From Octopus sinensis (taxonomy: Eukaryota): a stretch of 64,000 nucleotides of DNA. A program made the translations under genes and the position numbers. Shown piece after piece: positions 1-12,808 of the stretch. The stretch spans positions 44,950,001 to 45,014,000 of the forward strand of contig NC_043014.1 in the NCBI RefSeq assembly GCF_006345805.1. The letters run 5' to 3'. Below the pieces are notes generated by a model. It was not told the DNA's origin and made no database searches. It saw only the letters and a program-made list of their open reading frames with translations. Numbering within the stretch: position 1 is the first letter of the stretch; the number at the start of each line of letters is the position of its first letter.

Positions 1-392
1 ATTCCTTGTTATTACATATATCTTAAAACAAAATTTGTGTGACCATTTTTTAACAGTGTCCATTTATATTTTCCAACTCAGTAAAATGTAATAGGTGAAG
101 TAATTGTACTTTGAGGTAATTAAATATACTAAGTTAAAATTTAGGCACAGACACAAATAAAAGAAGAAAAAAAATGCTTAATGGTATAACTGTGCAATTC
201 TCTACCAAGTAGACTACTGGAAAAATAAATCTTGTAAGTTTATTATAAAAGAAATTTCAATAAATAAAAAAGGCAGTGCTCCAGCATGGCTGCAGTCAAA
301 TGACTGAAACAAGTAAAAGAATAAAAGAGGAACAGAAAAATAAGCTCAGAAAATGCTGATGTTTGAAGAAAGAAACATAAATCAAGTATATA

Positions 393-616
393 TTTCTTTA
401 TTGCCCACAAGGGGCTAAACGTAGAGGGGACAAACAAGGACAGACAAAGGGATTAAGTCGATTACATCAACCCCAGTGCAAAACTGGTACTTTATTTATC
501 GACCCTGAAAGGATGAGAGGCAAAGTCGACCTCGGTGGAATTTGAACTCAGAACGTAACGGCAGACAAAATACGGCTACGCATTTCGCCCGGCGTGCTAA
601 CGTTTCTGCCAGCTCG
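393..616 (-). mobile_element. SINE family B (tRNA-like head with Nin-domain-like core)
   Basis: Minus strand reads GAGCTGGCAGAAACGTTAGCACGCCGGG...GAGTTCAAATTCC (B-box-like), then CCGAGGTCGACTTTGCCTCTCATCCTTTCAGGGTCGATAAA, resembling the Nin SINE domain. Near-identical copies recur through the window. Confidence 0.85.
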
Positions 617-1938
617 GATTCTGCAGACAATTGGTAGAGCATTCACATCACAATATAGGACAAACTACCAACCTCCCTCTCTCCCTCTCATTCAGAACAA
701 TATAGTTCCCCAACCTACTAGAAATAGCAGCCAGATCTCAATCTGCTAAACCTTACTGAAAATAAGACGGAATGGTTATGGTTTGAATAGAGCTGACTTT
801 GGGATTGAACAGCAACAGCAACAACAACATGAGACTGCACTTGGATGCTGTGGCATAAGTTTTGGATGCTGTGTTCATAAAGTTTGAAAGTTTTTTGAAA
901 ATTGGGTTGGAATGTTCTTCAAGCCTTTCCCAAAAGGATTAAGTGGTGAATGTAATGTGAGATGAAACTAACAAGGAGTCAAAAACTTAATTAGTAAGGA
1001 GTGTACTTCAAATTTATAGAACTCTCCTTGTCAGCATATAACATTACCTTCTAACCTTAGAATTTTGTGAGAGTGGGTGTGGTCAATGTAACTGCCAGCA
1101 CTACTGCCAAAGCTGTTACTTATCTTGTTGACCTCAGAAGAATGAAAGCAAAGTCGGTAGGATTTGAACTTCAAACATAAAGAAGCACCACTACAAATTA
1201 TTCACTGTTAAATCCTATTTTCTTTACACTCTCTTGTTTGTACACAGGCGCAGGAGTGGCTGTGTGGTAAGTAGCTTGTTTACCAACCACATGGTTCCGG
1301 GTTCAGTCCCACTGCGTGGCACCTTGGGCAAGTGTCTTCTACTATAGCCTCGGGCCGACCAAAGCCTTGTGAGTGGATTTGGTAGATGGAAACTGAAAAG
1401 AAGCCCGTCGTATATATATATATATATATATACTAGCAGTATCGCCCGGCGTTGCTCAGGTTTGTAAGGGAAATAACTATATAAGCATTTTTAGAGAGTT
1501 ATAGCCAAAAAATAGCAAAAAAATGCATTAAAAATTGAAAAAAAATTAAGGTAATTTTTTTTTTAAATCGTTGACACATCGTAGATATTTTTAGAGAGTT
1601 ACTTCCCTTATATAATAACGAAAAATATGCATTAAAATGGAAAAATATGATGGTAAATTTTTTTTAAATCGTAGACTCATTGTAGACGCGCGCTAATACC
1701 CAGAAGGGCTCGATATGAATCACGACTATAAGATACCCGCTTTTGGTTAAACTACACCGCAAAATGTGGGAGTAGTTACGAATCTAAATCGTAGGAGACA
1801 GACACACAACTTCACTCTTATATATAAAGATATAAGCCACGTAGTTATATACACATACTTTGTTATATACACATTCTTAAAAGAAAATGTTATTTTGAAC
1901 ACAACATTTACAAAGAATAAAATATTTTTTGGTTTTTC

Positions 1939-2760
1939 TTAACCCTTTCGTTACTATATTTCTGACCAAAATACACCCCTTATGTGTTTCAATTAATTTC
2001 TAACGTAATCATAAATTTAGTCTGATTTCATTAAACAACTATAACTTTTTTATTTATGAATACATTAATCTGATTTTTGGAAGATAATTTAGTGAAATGT
2101 TCTCAACCAATTCTATACTATAATTTTTGTCACAAAGTGACTCTAATTGCAGGTAGATACAGGTAAATTCAACAATATATAAAATTATTAAAATTTTGTT
2201 CAAACATCGCTATAGAAAATGGGTTATTAGCTAATATTCAATTGGGTATACAACAAAATTTTACGATAGAATTTGTTATTCTGGGTAACTTTCTAATACC
2301 CATAATAATATTTATGGCAAAATAGGCCTTAATTTCATTTAAGGTTGTGGGAAATAACAAACTATCGTTTCTTTCGCTTTGTTTAGGTTGAGATCAAATA
2401 CCACATGCTTTTTTTTTTCAGTCATAGAGTTAGATTTATGAAGGTCTTCAGTAGAAAATCCTTCGAATTCTGACTCGCTGCTTGATATAATGAAATTCGT
2501 ATCCATTTTTTGTCAGAATTACAAATTTTGAAAACACAATAGGAACAAATTTCGGAAAAAAATCTCCCATAATTCACGGAATTAAAATTACACTTCGATT
2601 TTTGTACAAAACTGTAGTTGAACTGTTTACGAAGTATAATACGTGTTTTCACGAATGTTCTAAAGAGATTTACTTTGATATTCTCATTTAAATATGAATA
2701 GGTAAATTCGGGCGGCTTGGTCACATTAACCAAAATTTTTTTCGGGCGGTTTATATATAC
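1939..2760 (-). mobile_element. Truncated piggyBac-like (TTAA-CCC) element fragment inside the Helitron-like element
   Basis: TTAA|CCCTTTCGTTAC terminus at 1939 is shared with the MITEs at 27816 and 60430. A short minus ORF 2339-2506 (MDTNFIISSSESEFEGFSTEDL...) has an acidic 'EFEGF' motif like that at DDE transposase termini. The right boundary is uncertain. Confidence 0.45.
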
Positions 2761-3039
2761 AGAGTAAAATAAAAACCAATTTACCTTTTCTGTATTGTTA
2801 TTCGAACGTCCGTGTGTCTTTGCAAATGTGTTGGAATGATAAGTGAGTTGTGATTTGGCGCCTTTTTTTACTAATAACAAACACACACGTGTTTGTATGT
2901 AGTTGTTTGAAACGTTTGTGTTTGCCACTCTCATATATGTATGTGTATGCGTGTGTGTGAGGAATGACACACACACACTCCCGCACGCACACATGTACAT
3001 CAATGCTTTTATGAGCGTCATAGAGAGAAACAAATATTA

Positions 3040-3088
3040 CATCGCCATCGCCATAGCCATCGCCATCGCCATAGCCATCGCCATCGCA
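3040..3088 (+). repeat. (ATCGCC/ATAGCC)n hexamer tandem repeat
   Basis: About 8 consecutive hexamer units are visible. Confidence 0.9.
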
Positions 3089-5309
3089 TTCTATTTTCTA
3101 CCTGTCAACACACAGTGAATTAGTTTCAGTTTATTCATTGCACACTGTGTGTGTGCGTTTGCGTGTGCTGTAAACCAGACTAAGAAAAGCATTTGACGCA
3201 CACACCAGAATGTGAGTTTTCTGTAAATTTTGCTTAATTGGAGTTTAAATTTGAAAAACTGGACCTGGCATGACGCGATGCATTGTACTCTTAAAAATGC
3301 TAGGTAAATTGTAATTGAAGAAATCCTATATTGTAGATTTGTATAACTCCCAAAGGGAGGCAGATAAAATCTGCCTTTTATAATAAGAGATATATATATA
3401 TATATGTGTGTGTGTATGTTTGTGTGTCTGTGTTTGTCCCCCTAGCATTGCTTGACAACTGATGCTGGTGTGTTTATGTCCCCGTTACTTAGCGGTTCGG
3501 CAAAAGAGACCGATAGAATAAGTACTGGGCTTACAAAAGAATAAGTGCCGGGGTCGAGTTGCTCGATTAAAGGCGGGGCTCCAGCATGGCCACAGTCAAA
3601 TGACTGAAACAAGTAAAAGAGTAAAGAGAGAGAGAGAATATTAATAATGTATTTAATCTATTTTCTCCAGTTTTACTTGCTTTATTGCCTTGTTTCTGTC
3701 ATGCAATCATAGGAGAAATGATACACCTAGAATCTCATCCTTTAAACACCAGCCAATTGTATGCCTATTTCAGTCTGATAGACTGAAAGAAGAGGAGTAA
3801 TATGCCTTGACAACACAATTGCTGTAGCAAAAAAGTCAAACTCTTTGTTAAATAATTGAGTAAAGCAGTGCATAGATTTTAAAAATATCTCTGAAATTGT
3901 GGAATGGCTTCTTTTTATCTCTTACTGGGAGTTGAAAATAGAGAATAAAAAACAAGCTAGCCTGGACAAAGCAAAACAAAAAAATGCAACAAGAGGGAAG
4001 TAAGAGTTAAAAGAAAAAGATGGAGCAAGAACCCAGAAAAAAAAACAAAAGAGGAAAGAGAGCAGGATTGGGATAATAGATAAACATGTAAATGAGGAAA
4101 GAAAAGAAAGAAATAATCATATATATATATAAAAATAAATAAATAAAAAATTAAAAAAAACCTCAGAAAACTTAACCAAAAAAAAAAAAAAAAACCAAAC
4201 TCAAAGACAGAAATCTTTATTGCAAATACATAGCAAAACTTCATACATGGAGGAATAAATAAAACATTCTTCCAACAGATAAATTACAATAAGACAATTT
4301 GTCGACATTTTCATGCTCCATGTTATGTTTGGAGCAAGCTGAAGATTCATTCTTACATACTAGATGTGTTTTTTCTCGACAACTAGAAATTGTTGTCTTG
4401 TTTTGTTTTTGCTTTACTTTTTCTTTTTCTTTTGTTTATGTAGTTATTAACTTCAGTCAACTTTACAACACAAATGCCTTCGTAATTGAAGCTATAATAG
4501 TAGCTACAAATAAAGACACGATAGATTCCTTTTAGGCATAAACAATGATTTCAGTATGAAATCAAAAGCTGTCGTGATTTAACTACATATATTATTGCAA
4601 TTTTGTGAAGCAGATAATTAAATAAAATACATCACTTGTATAACATGAATTTAGATATTTTGATACTTGGATCACAATGAGAAGTTTAAAATATGTAATT
4701 TTCAGCATTAAAAAAATTTTTTTTTTGAAAATTTTAGGAAAAAACTGCTGGTAATATAAGCAATCAGTGGCAACAAATTGGCCAATATAACCTGTATTTA
4801 TTTTGGAATATTTATGAGTCTAATCAAGAAATAACTGCATCAACCCCCCCATCCTAGTAACAACAAAAACAACAGCTGTATCATTTATTAAAGGTGTCGG
4901 CTAAAAGAAGCAAAGAAGTAAGAAAAAATTTTTTGAAAAATAAAACTACAGCAAAACAAAACATGATTTTTAAAGCATTCAGGTATTTTCAGAATAGTTT
5001 TATTCAGTTTTCAAAATAAATAATGGTAAGAAAACAACGAAAAGTGGCTCAATCTATAAAGTTGACATGTACACACACACACACACACACACAATTGTTT
5101 CTACAAAGCCAGATATAAATATGTAAATATATAAATACTTAGTTTATACATTCAACTATACAGAAAGCCTACTTTATTAAACTAGTGAAAGCATGAGTGT
5201 ATATATGTGTGTGTGAATATATATATATACACACACACACATATACACATTCATACTTACATGCATATAATGATGATGATGAATATGATGGTGATGATAA
5301 TAATGATAT

Positions 5310-5760
5310 TGGTTTCTACCTTTGGCACAAAGTCAGTAATTTCGGGGGTGGGGGTGTAAGTTGATTACATCGACCCAGAAATTAACTGGTACTTAGTTTA
5401 TCGACCTTGAAAGGAGGAAAAGCAAAGTCTACCTCGGCAGAAATTGAACTCAGAAAGTTAAGGCAGGCGAAATACCTATTTCTTTATTACCCACAAGGGG
5501 CTAAACATAGAGGGGACAAACAAGGACAGACATAGGTATTATGTCGATTACATCGACCCCAGTGCGTAACTGGTACTTAATTTATCGACCCCGAAAGGAT
5601 GAAAGGCAAAGTCAACCTCGGCGGAATTTGAACTCACAACGTAACGGCAGACGAAGTACCGCAAAGCATTTCGCCCGGTGTGCTAACGCTTCTGCCAGCT
5701 CGTCGCAAAATACCATTAAACATTTTGCCTGACATGCTAACGATTTTGACAGCTTGCTGC
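5310..5760 (-). mobile_element. Young family B SINE (5478-5704) nested in an older family B-like copy
   Basis: The diverged copy at 5310-5470 resumes at 5705-5760 after the near-consensus copy. Confidence 0.75.
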
Positions 5761-5944
5761 AATGATGATGATGATGATGATGATGATGATAATGATAATA
5801 ATAATAATATAATCCATTCGTTTATTTGTCACCAAGACCACTTATTCATACATGCATAACATCTCACGAAAGGATTTAGAGGACATACTGGGATTTACAA
5901 CTATAGTTACAGAAAATGAAGGGTGGGGATTATGACATGATGCA

Positions 5945-6027
<83 letters not shown>

Positions 6028-6035
6028 TATATATA
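5945..6035. repeat. (TA)n microsatellite
   Basis: Directly visible. Similar TA/CA tracts at 9873-9984, 12670-12900, 41231-41268, 44428-44530, 45630-45687, 50460-50552 and 63933-63999. Confidence 0.95.
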
Positions 6036-8237
6036 ATAGCAGAGAGGCAGATGGAAATAAAAGACATGACAGCAATTTAAATTCCACCAAAATAATGAGT
6101 TTGAAGTTCAGCAAAAAACCTACTATTTTGTAAGGAGAAAAATATAGTTGATGGAATAATCACTAGTATATTACTTGTACAGAATGTAACAAGTTGATGT
6201 TAAATACAATGATACCTTTAGTTTGACACTCAAAAAATTTCTGTAACTACACTACCCTTTAAGAATAGCAGCTATGGTTGCCTTCTGTAAGCTAGATACA
6301 ATTCTTTCATTCATTTATATATATATATATACATTATTTAATAACAGTTTTATTTGGTTCCATGCAGCTTAAAGTTTTATGGGCTCGTAAAGTGAACCTA
6401 GCTCTTCAGGCATGGGTAACCGAATAAAATAATTCCTACCAAATATGCTGAGTGCCACTGTCTTTCATTCAACTGAAGCATATACACACATGAAAAATAT
6501 ATGAAAAATACTGTGATCATGATTCCTTGATTACAATGCAGTAATCTTTGAACAGAAGACATACATTCAAAATCCTTCATAAGATGAAAGACTGCCCACC
6601 CACCCAAAAGTTTAGTTTTATCCCTTAAAATTATTCCTCTGGTTCAATTTCCAGGAGATAGTTTATAATAATTCTTATCTTGGATTAACTAATACAGTTC
6701 TAATACAATTTGATGCTAAGCTACAAATATATTAATCCTTTGACTTCAACAAGAAATTCATATTTTCTGTATTTCCTATTATTGGGTTGGATAATTCTGC
6801 AAATTTGAACATTTGTATATAAATTATTAGAGCAGTTATTTTTAAAGTTGAGTGCCTTAACTACTCAACTTTGAAATGTATGCAGCAGGGAAGACAAGAA
6901 ATAAGAATAATGGTTATATGATATACACTAGATTTATATTCAATATATTATATTTAAAGATCACTCATAAAATACAGTGTACTATTATAAATAATGGGTG
7001 AGATTTTGATGGAATAACAATAGGATTTAAGGAATAACAATAGGATAACCTTTATACTTTAAACAAACATTTGAACAAGTATGTAATTTACAACCCTGTA
7101 AACTAATGTTCTCACACCAATATTATTATAAATGTAAGTTCTTGGTTATTTTTCTCTTAACCTTAATTTTTAGTGTGATTATTGTCAAATTATACTGTAT
7201 TATTTCTATCCTTAGTGTTGTTACTGCTTATTATTGACTCATAAAACCATTTTAATAATGAATTGCTAGGAAAACTAAGATTAATCTCAATAATTGAATA
7301 GCAGCAATCAGGAATACAGAGTTGACATTACGTAGTTATTTATGTAAATAAAACAAGAAAAGGTTGTACGGAATGAAATTATATAAAGTAAAGTTCTCAG
7401 TAGATTTGAATGATGACAAATTTGAAAGTGAAAATAAAATGGGACAAAACAATTATAAAAATTCTAAAAAATATTTATAGTCAGAATATTAAGATGTATG
7501 TAGAGAAGAATGTAGTCGTTATTTGAAAAGAGCTTATCTTAGAAAATTTCAGGCTTACATTGTAAGAAGTCTGATGTTGTAATTGCCAAACATTAATGAA
7601 TTGGGCCAAATTTTTATTTTTAAATTAACTTATAATTTGATTACACAAATTTAACATCTATAATGACTTGTTAATTAAAACATCTGTGACTGAACAGTTA
7701 TTTGACATCAGTTTATATATGAGCAGGTTTGTGCATGTGCATGCTTGCACACATTGATGCTGCTATAACTTTCAATGTAAAGATGAAGAATTATACACAC
7801 ATAGATTCATCTATATAAGGTAGTATTCAATAATACTCATATACATACATATTATATAGATATTCATAATCATATCTCTTGTAGATAATTATACATACAT
7901 GCAGACAACTATCTAAGTATTTGTCCTAATTCTATATAATGTATTCTACAATCATAAAAGCATACGTACAAATAATATTCCAGATATATTTGAAAACTCT
8001 ACAAAACACTTCACACGGAAATATAAGCATGTCTTTCAATAACAAAAAACACACAAAAAAAAAAAAACTCAACAAAGGTTCAAATAAATTAAGTTCCGTG
8101 GATGATAAAGCGGAGAAGGACTACTGATGGAGCATAAAATCATCTTCAAAACGGGTGACTAAAACAGCAAAATGTTGCGAAGTCAGTCTATGGGCAAAGG
8201 AGATCTATGGAGCAAGTCTATTGGCAAGAAAGTCAAC

Positions 8238-8714
8238 TCATGTTTCATGCTTGCCTACCCTTGAGGTATCCTTGTGGTGGCTTTTTGAAGGTTTGCCATG
8301 GGACCCTCCATGTCCACGATGTCTGTTATGTCCATGTCTATTCTGAAGTTTGAGTACCTTCATCTCTTTACGAGCTTTACGGCCCCGAATCATGGCCTGA
8401 ATTTTTGTCGCAGCCTCATGAGCTCTTGGATCTTCTGGATCAACCGGTGGCAGCGTTTTCTCTGCGTTTGCCTTCACTTTCATCACTTTCATTTGCTGGC
8501 GAGCTCGGAAACCACGAAACTGTGCCTGAATCTTGGTAGCAGCATGGTGGACATTTGGATCGTGGAGAAGCACATTTTCATCCTGGGTTTGTGGCGACTC
8601 TGGGTTCATGCGCTTGTGGTGGACATTCTGCTGGCGAGGATTGTGCTGCTGGTGCATGTGTTTGTGGGGGTGGTGATGGTGGTGGTGGTGGTGGTGATGT
8701 CCCTGTTGAGACAT
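8238..8714 (-). CDS. His-rich protein (or terminal exon) with two IQ calmodulin-binding motifs, GAP-43/neurogranin/igloo-like
   Basis: 158-aa ORF in a GC-richer island. Two repeats, DPNVHHAATKIQAQFRGFRARQQMKVMK and DPRAHEAATKIQAMIRGRKARKEMKVLK, fit the IQxxxRGxxxR consensus. N-terminal poly-His and basic His/Gly tail. Acceptor-like AGs at 8721-8722 and 8744-8745 keep the frame open. Confidence 0.88.
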   Translation of the reverse strand: MSQQGHHHHHHHHHHPHKHMHQQHNPRQQNVHHKRMNPESPQTQDENVLLHDPNVHHAATKIQAQFRGFRARQQMKVMKVKANAEKTLPPVDPEDPRAHEAATKIQAMIRGRKARKEMKVLKLQNRHGHNRHRGHGGSHGKPSKSHHKDTSRVGKHET

Positions 8715-9559
8715 TTCATCCTGATAAGATTGACAAACAATTTCTAAAACTGAGAACAGTTTCTACATAGCGATATTATGTATATTGACAATGTAGGCAA
8801 AAACAAAGAAGGATCTCAAATAGTTACTCTAGAAAATATTCCTCTTAATATGACACTAATTCTCTTACAGTTATCATAGCTTTTAAATTATTGAAAGAAT
8901 ATTCTCTTTTTGTTTCAAAAATACAATATTTTTGATAAAAATGATTCAAAATTATACCAATGTAAAAGGTTTGTCTTACGAAATATATACTTTACAGTGA
9001 TATTATCATATTATCATATATTTTACTATTAAATAAAAATTATTTTCACATTTTGTTAGACATATATCAATTGTAAACAAAATATAAGAGAACAAGCTAA
9101 AAGGAAGTTATCTACATATCCTTACTTACATGCGAGGTTAGTAGAAACAATGCATAGGGTAATGGAATAAAAGAAATGTGTTTTTAGAAAGAATTTGATG
9201 CATCTAAAGTTCACTGTTTCGATTTACATAACTACAACTAAGTAGATTGTAACATTTCATAGGTTATTATGAAAACCCTACACACAAATATGCATATATG
9301 TGTGTGTGTGTGTGCATATATATGTGTATGTGAATGCATGTGTGTGTATATATCATACACACACAAGCGCACATGGCAGCATGGAACATGGTTATTAATG
9401 ACAATACATATTTTTTCTTTTATGGCACAAAAATGAATTTCTTACATCATCATATATATATATATAAGTTTGTAGCTGTTTCCTGCACCAGCTTCACATA
9501 GCAGCTCCAGCCCATCCAAAGTGCCTTGATTCGCAGGATGGCCTGCTGTGCCTGAGGAG

Positions 9560-9867
9560 ACCTATTGAGTCAAGTACATCAACATCAAAATAAAAATCAA
9601 ATGGAAATTGTAGTTGTGATACCCATGCCGGTGGAATGTAAAAAAAAAACATCCAAACGTGGCTGAAGCTGGCTTCCGTGACGGTGGCACATAAAAAGCA
9701 CCCACTACACTCAGGGAGTGGTTGGCATTAGGAAGGGCATCCAGCTGTAGAAACACTGCCAGATCAGACTGGAGTCTGGTGCAGCCTCCTGGTTTCCCAG
9801 ACCCCAGTCAAACTGTCCAACCCATGGTAGCATGGAAAACAGATGTCAAACGATGATGATGATGATG

Positions 9868-9870
<3 letters not shown>
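9560..9870 (+). mobile_element. SINE family C (TTGGCGTTAGGAAGGGCATCCAGCTGTAG core, (GAT)n tail)
   Basis: Core and (GAT)n tail are shared with more than 10 copies in the window. Confidence 0.85.
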
Positions 9871-9918
<48 letters not shown>

Positions 9919-9940
9919 TATATACATATATATATATATA

Positions 9941-9986
<46 letters not shown>

Positions 9987-10878
9987 AGAAATTTAAACGG
10001 ACTGTTTTCTGCTACACAACTATCTGAAAAAATACTATGGGCTTATATGAAGCTGAATTCACGATCTAGTTTCAATTTTTAGCTGTAACAGTTTCATGTC
10101 ACTTATCTTACTGATGTCCTTGACAAAGCTGTGACTGTCCCAACCTTCTGTAACCCCATTCCATCAATCAATGTAACACTCAGAGAATTTGGTGAATAGT
10201 TAATTGTAAAAGGCAAAGACAATATTCTATGGAAATGAATTAGCTTGTAATAAATCTATTTTCTTCTTGAATTGATTATCTTTATCAGCATGTTACTTTG
10301 TCCTTTTCCATAATTACGCACAGATAACAATGTACTCTTAGATTCATATCTCAAGATTTGTAAGATGTATTAGCTTCGAGAGTGTGTGAAAGTTTCATTG
10401 ATTCAACTGAAATCAAATCTCTGAATGCATGAAGTATGCTAAACAGCTAAAATTCTATACGACAAGCTTTACTTTGTAATCTCTTTTGTCCAGATCTAGC
10501 TAAGAAATGAGTTAAGGATAGAGAAAGTAATGCTCAAATACAGTTGAGATAAAATGATTGATTGAACACAGTATATGTATAATTAACAATTAAAGGACTG
10601 TTAAGTCAAATTCTACTGAAAGTATTCCATTGTCTTTAAGTAAAACACTAGATTCTACAGGAGAATAGGCTTATATTAGGCTTCGGGGGAGAAGTTATGA
10701 ATGATGTCAAGTACACTATTCACAAGGAATATTTATTCTCCATCTATTAAGGCTGTAGAAATTGAATTTCAGGGGTACAGGCCCTATGAATCCCTATTAA
10801 ATAAAAACTGTGAAATAATGAATTCTGCTTTAACCACCTATTCTAAGAATATGCAAAACATGCTGGTATGGAAAAACA

Positions 10879-11298
10879 GGGATCTTTTCAGTTTGAACAG
10901 CAGTTTTTTCTAGCAGTGTCATATGAAATTGTCACCCATAATTATGACCCTAGAATCGATCTATTGCATTTCAATCTGTTTTAGGGTTAGGGTTAGGGGT
11001 GGAGGAAGGGTATCTTTTTTTCTTCAGAAATGTAAATAAACCCAATCTGTTTCTTAAACGAGGGATATATTCATACGGCACAGAATGCTTTTTAACTCAA
11101 TAGACGTCACTGATTGGTTGAAATTGCAGAAATTGAAGAAAAACAACAACAAGTGTCTTACAAACTATAGAATTTTCTCAATAAAGCCAAGAGAAAAAGA
11201 TGTTTTATAAACACATTCTACCAGTATTCTACCAGTTTAAAATTTTTTAGTTACCTAGAAATTATGTTAAAAACTGCTGTTCAAACCGAAAAGATCCC
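10879..11298. mobile_element. MITE with ~29-bp TIRs, 6-bp TSD and internal TTAGGG repeats
   Basis: TIRs GGGATCTTTTCAGTTTGAACAGCAGTTTT / AAAACTGCTGTTCAAACCGAAAAGATCCC. AAAACA on both flanks (10873-10878, 11299-11304). (TTAGGG)3 at 10981-10998. Confidence 0.9.
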
Positions 11299-12675
11299 AA
11301 AACAGATGATGATGGCAGCGATGATGATAACAATGAAATAAATCTGTAAGTTAGTCTGAACTGTAAATGAATATAGGGAAGTTAATGCAAAATTAAAAAT
11401 TACATTTCAATCTAGCCGATACTTTTAAGAAACTAACATGAATTACCTTTCAAATCTGTCTGAGAATTCAAATACAATCTAGCAAGGAAAGATTCACATA
11501 GCTAAAGGAAAAAGCTAAAATGATGTCTACCAAATCTTTTAGCAAACATTATTTGAGTTAATCAGAAGCTATATTAATGGAAAAGTGCTACATTCAAGAT
11601 TATTCATGATTAGGTAAGTTGAAAAGTATATTTAACTACATTAGAACTGCTTAGAAATGTTTTTTGTAAATGTTAAAAACAGTTAATATTTACTTATATT
11701 GAACTAGCTAAAATACTCAGGTACTTTCAAAGACATTACATGTCTTAATGCATAATATCCTTTGGATCAGTCATGGGTGGCCTGCAGTACTTTCTGAACA
11801 GCATGTCTAATGATAAATTATCTAGAATTCTTTTTAGTAGTATGGCCCACCTTATGATGAGCCATGTCTCATATGGTCGACTTCTTGAAAAAGATTGCCT
11901 ATGCCTGCTTTAGACATTAGTGATGTGACATGTTTTACATAACTACCACTAAACTGTGATTTGATTATTACTTAAGTATTGAAAAAAAAAAAGCTACTAG
12001 AATGGCTGTACCTATATTTTTATTTGAATGTACACTTCAATATAGACTTCCATCAGGTAAGGATAGTATCTTCTTGTTAAGCACTTGGAGAAAATACTGA
12101 CTTTTTTAAACCTTTTTTAGATCTCTGATAATTTTTTGTAAAGTTAAACAGTTAAGAGACAAACTACCTCCTACATAAGATGTGTATCTCCCAAAGATTG
12201 CTTTGGCATTGAGAGAAGTCAACAATGAAATACAAGGGGTTACCCATCCATCAGTTAATTAAACAGTGTGTCCACACATAGTGCTGATGACAAAATATGA
12301 ACTGACAATCTCTTTTCATTATGCTCAGTACCTTATAACCTTGGCCGTTTGTGATTTCCTGGCCATTCACAAAATACTAAAAGAGAGTAATGTTGAATAA
12401 TTCTAATTTAGCTTTCTGAACATTGCTTCGTTTGAGAAGCTACATATATGATAACCCCAAACCACTAAAATTTATTTATCAACATGTTAAAGCTTGCCAA
12501 GGATTTTTGAACTTAACTTTAATGTAGCCTGAAATGTATAGTACAAAATTTATTTATAAATATGTTTTTTTTTATATATTTCTAAGCAAGCTCACTGTAT
12601 TTAGATTTTATAAATATTTCTTCAAATTCAATTTACTTCAATTTTATTGAAAATGTAAGAAAAATATTATGTGTG

Positions 12676-12725
<50 letters not shown>

Positions 12726-12774
12726 TATATGTATATATACATACACACACACACACATATATGTATATATACAT

Positions 12775-12808
<34 letters not shown>

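Larger units (their letters stand above)
1433..3390 (-). mobile_element. Non-autonomous Helitron-like composite element
   Basis: On the minus strand it starts TC (3390; a second TC-type start at 1830) and ends CTAG (1433), with a GC-rich hairpin (CCCGGCGTTGCTCAGG) ~8 nt before the end. Inserted between A and T with no TSD. Confidence 0.7.
1247..3630 (+). mobile_element. SINE family A (tRNA-derived head), split by a ~2-kb insertion in its internal (TA)n
   Basis: 5' half GGCGCAGGAGTGGCTGTGTGGTAAG...GAAGCCCGTCG at 1247-1410 and 3' half ending CAAATGACTGAAACAAGTAAAAGAG at 3391-3630 together match the intact copy at 58277-58690. Confidence 0.85.

Noticed and set aside
2422-3033. 203-aa minus ORF
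   Set aside because: Lies within a transposon composite, runs through TG/CA microsatellite and has no recognisable domain.
8298-8747. 149-aa plus-strand ORF (and 8555-8770) overlapping the IQ ORF
   Set aside because: Antisense shadow of the real coding sequence; the poly-Val/Gly runs mirror the His codons.
10981-10999. Telomere or chromosome-fusion scar
   Set aside because: Only three TTAGGG units, internal to a TIR element.
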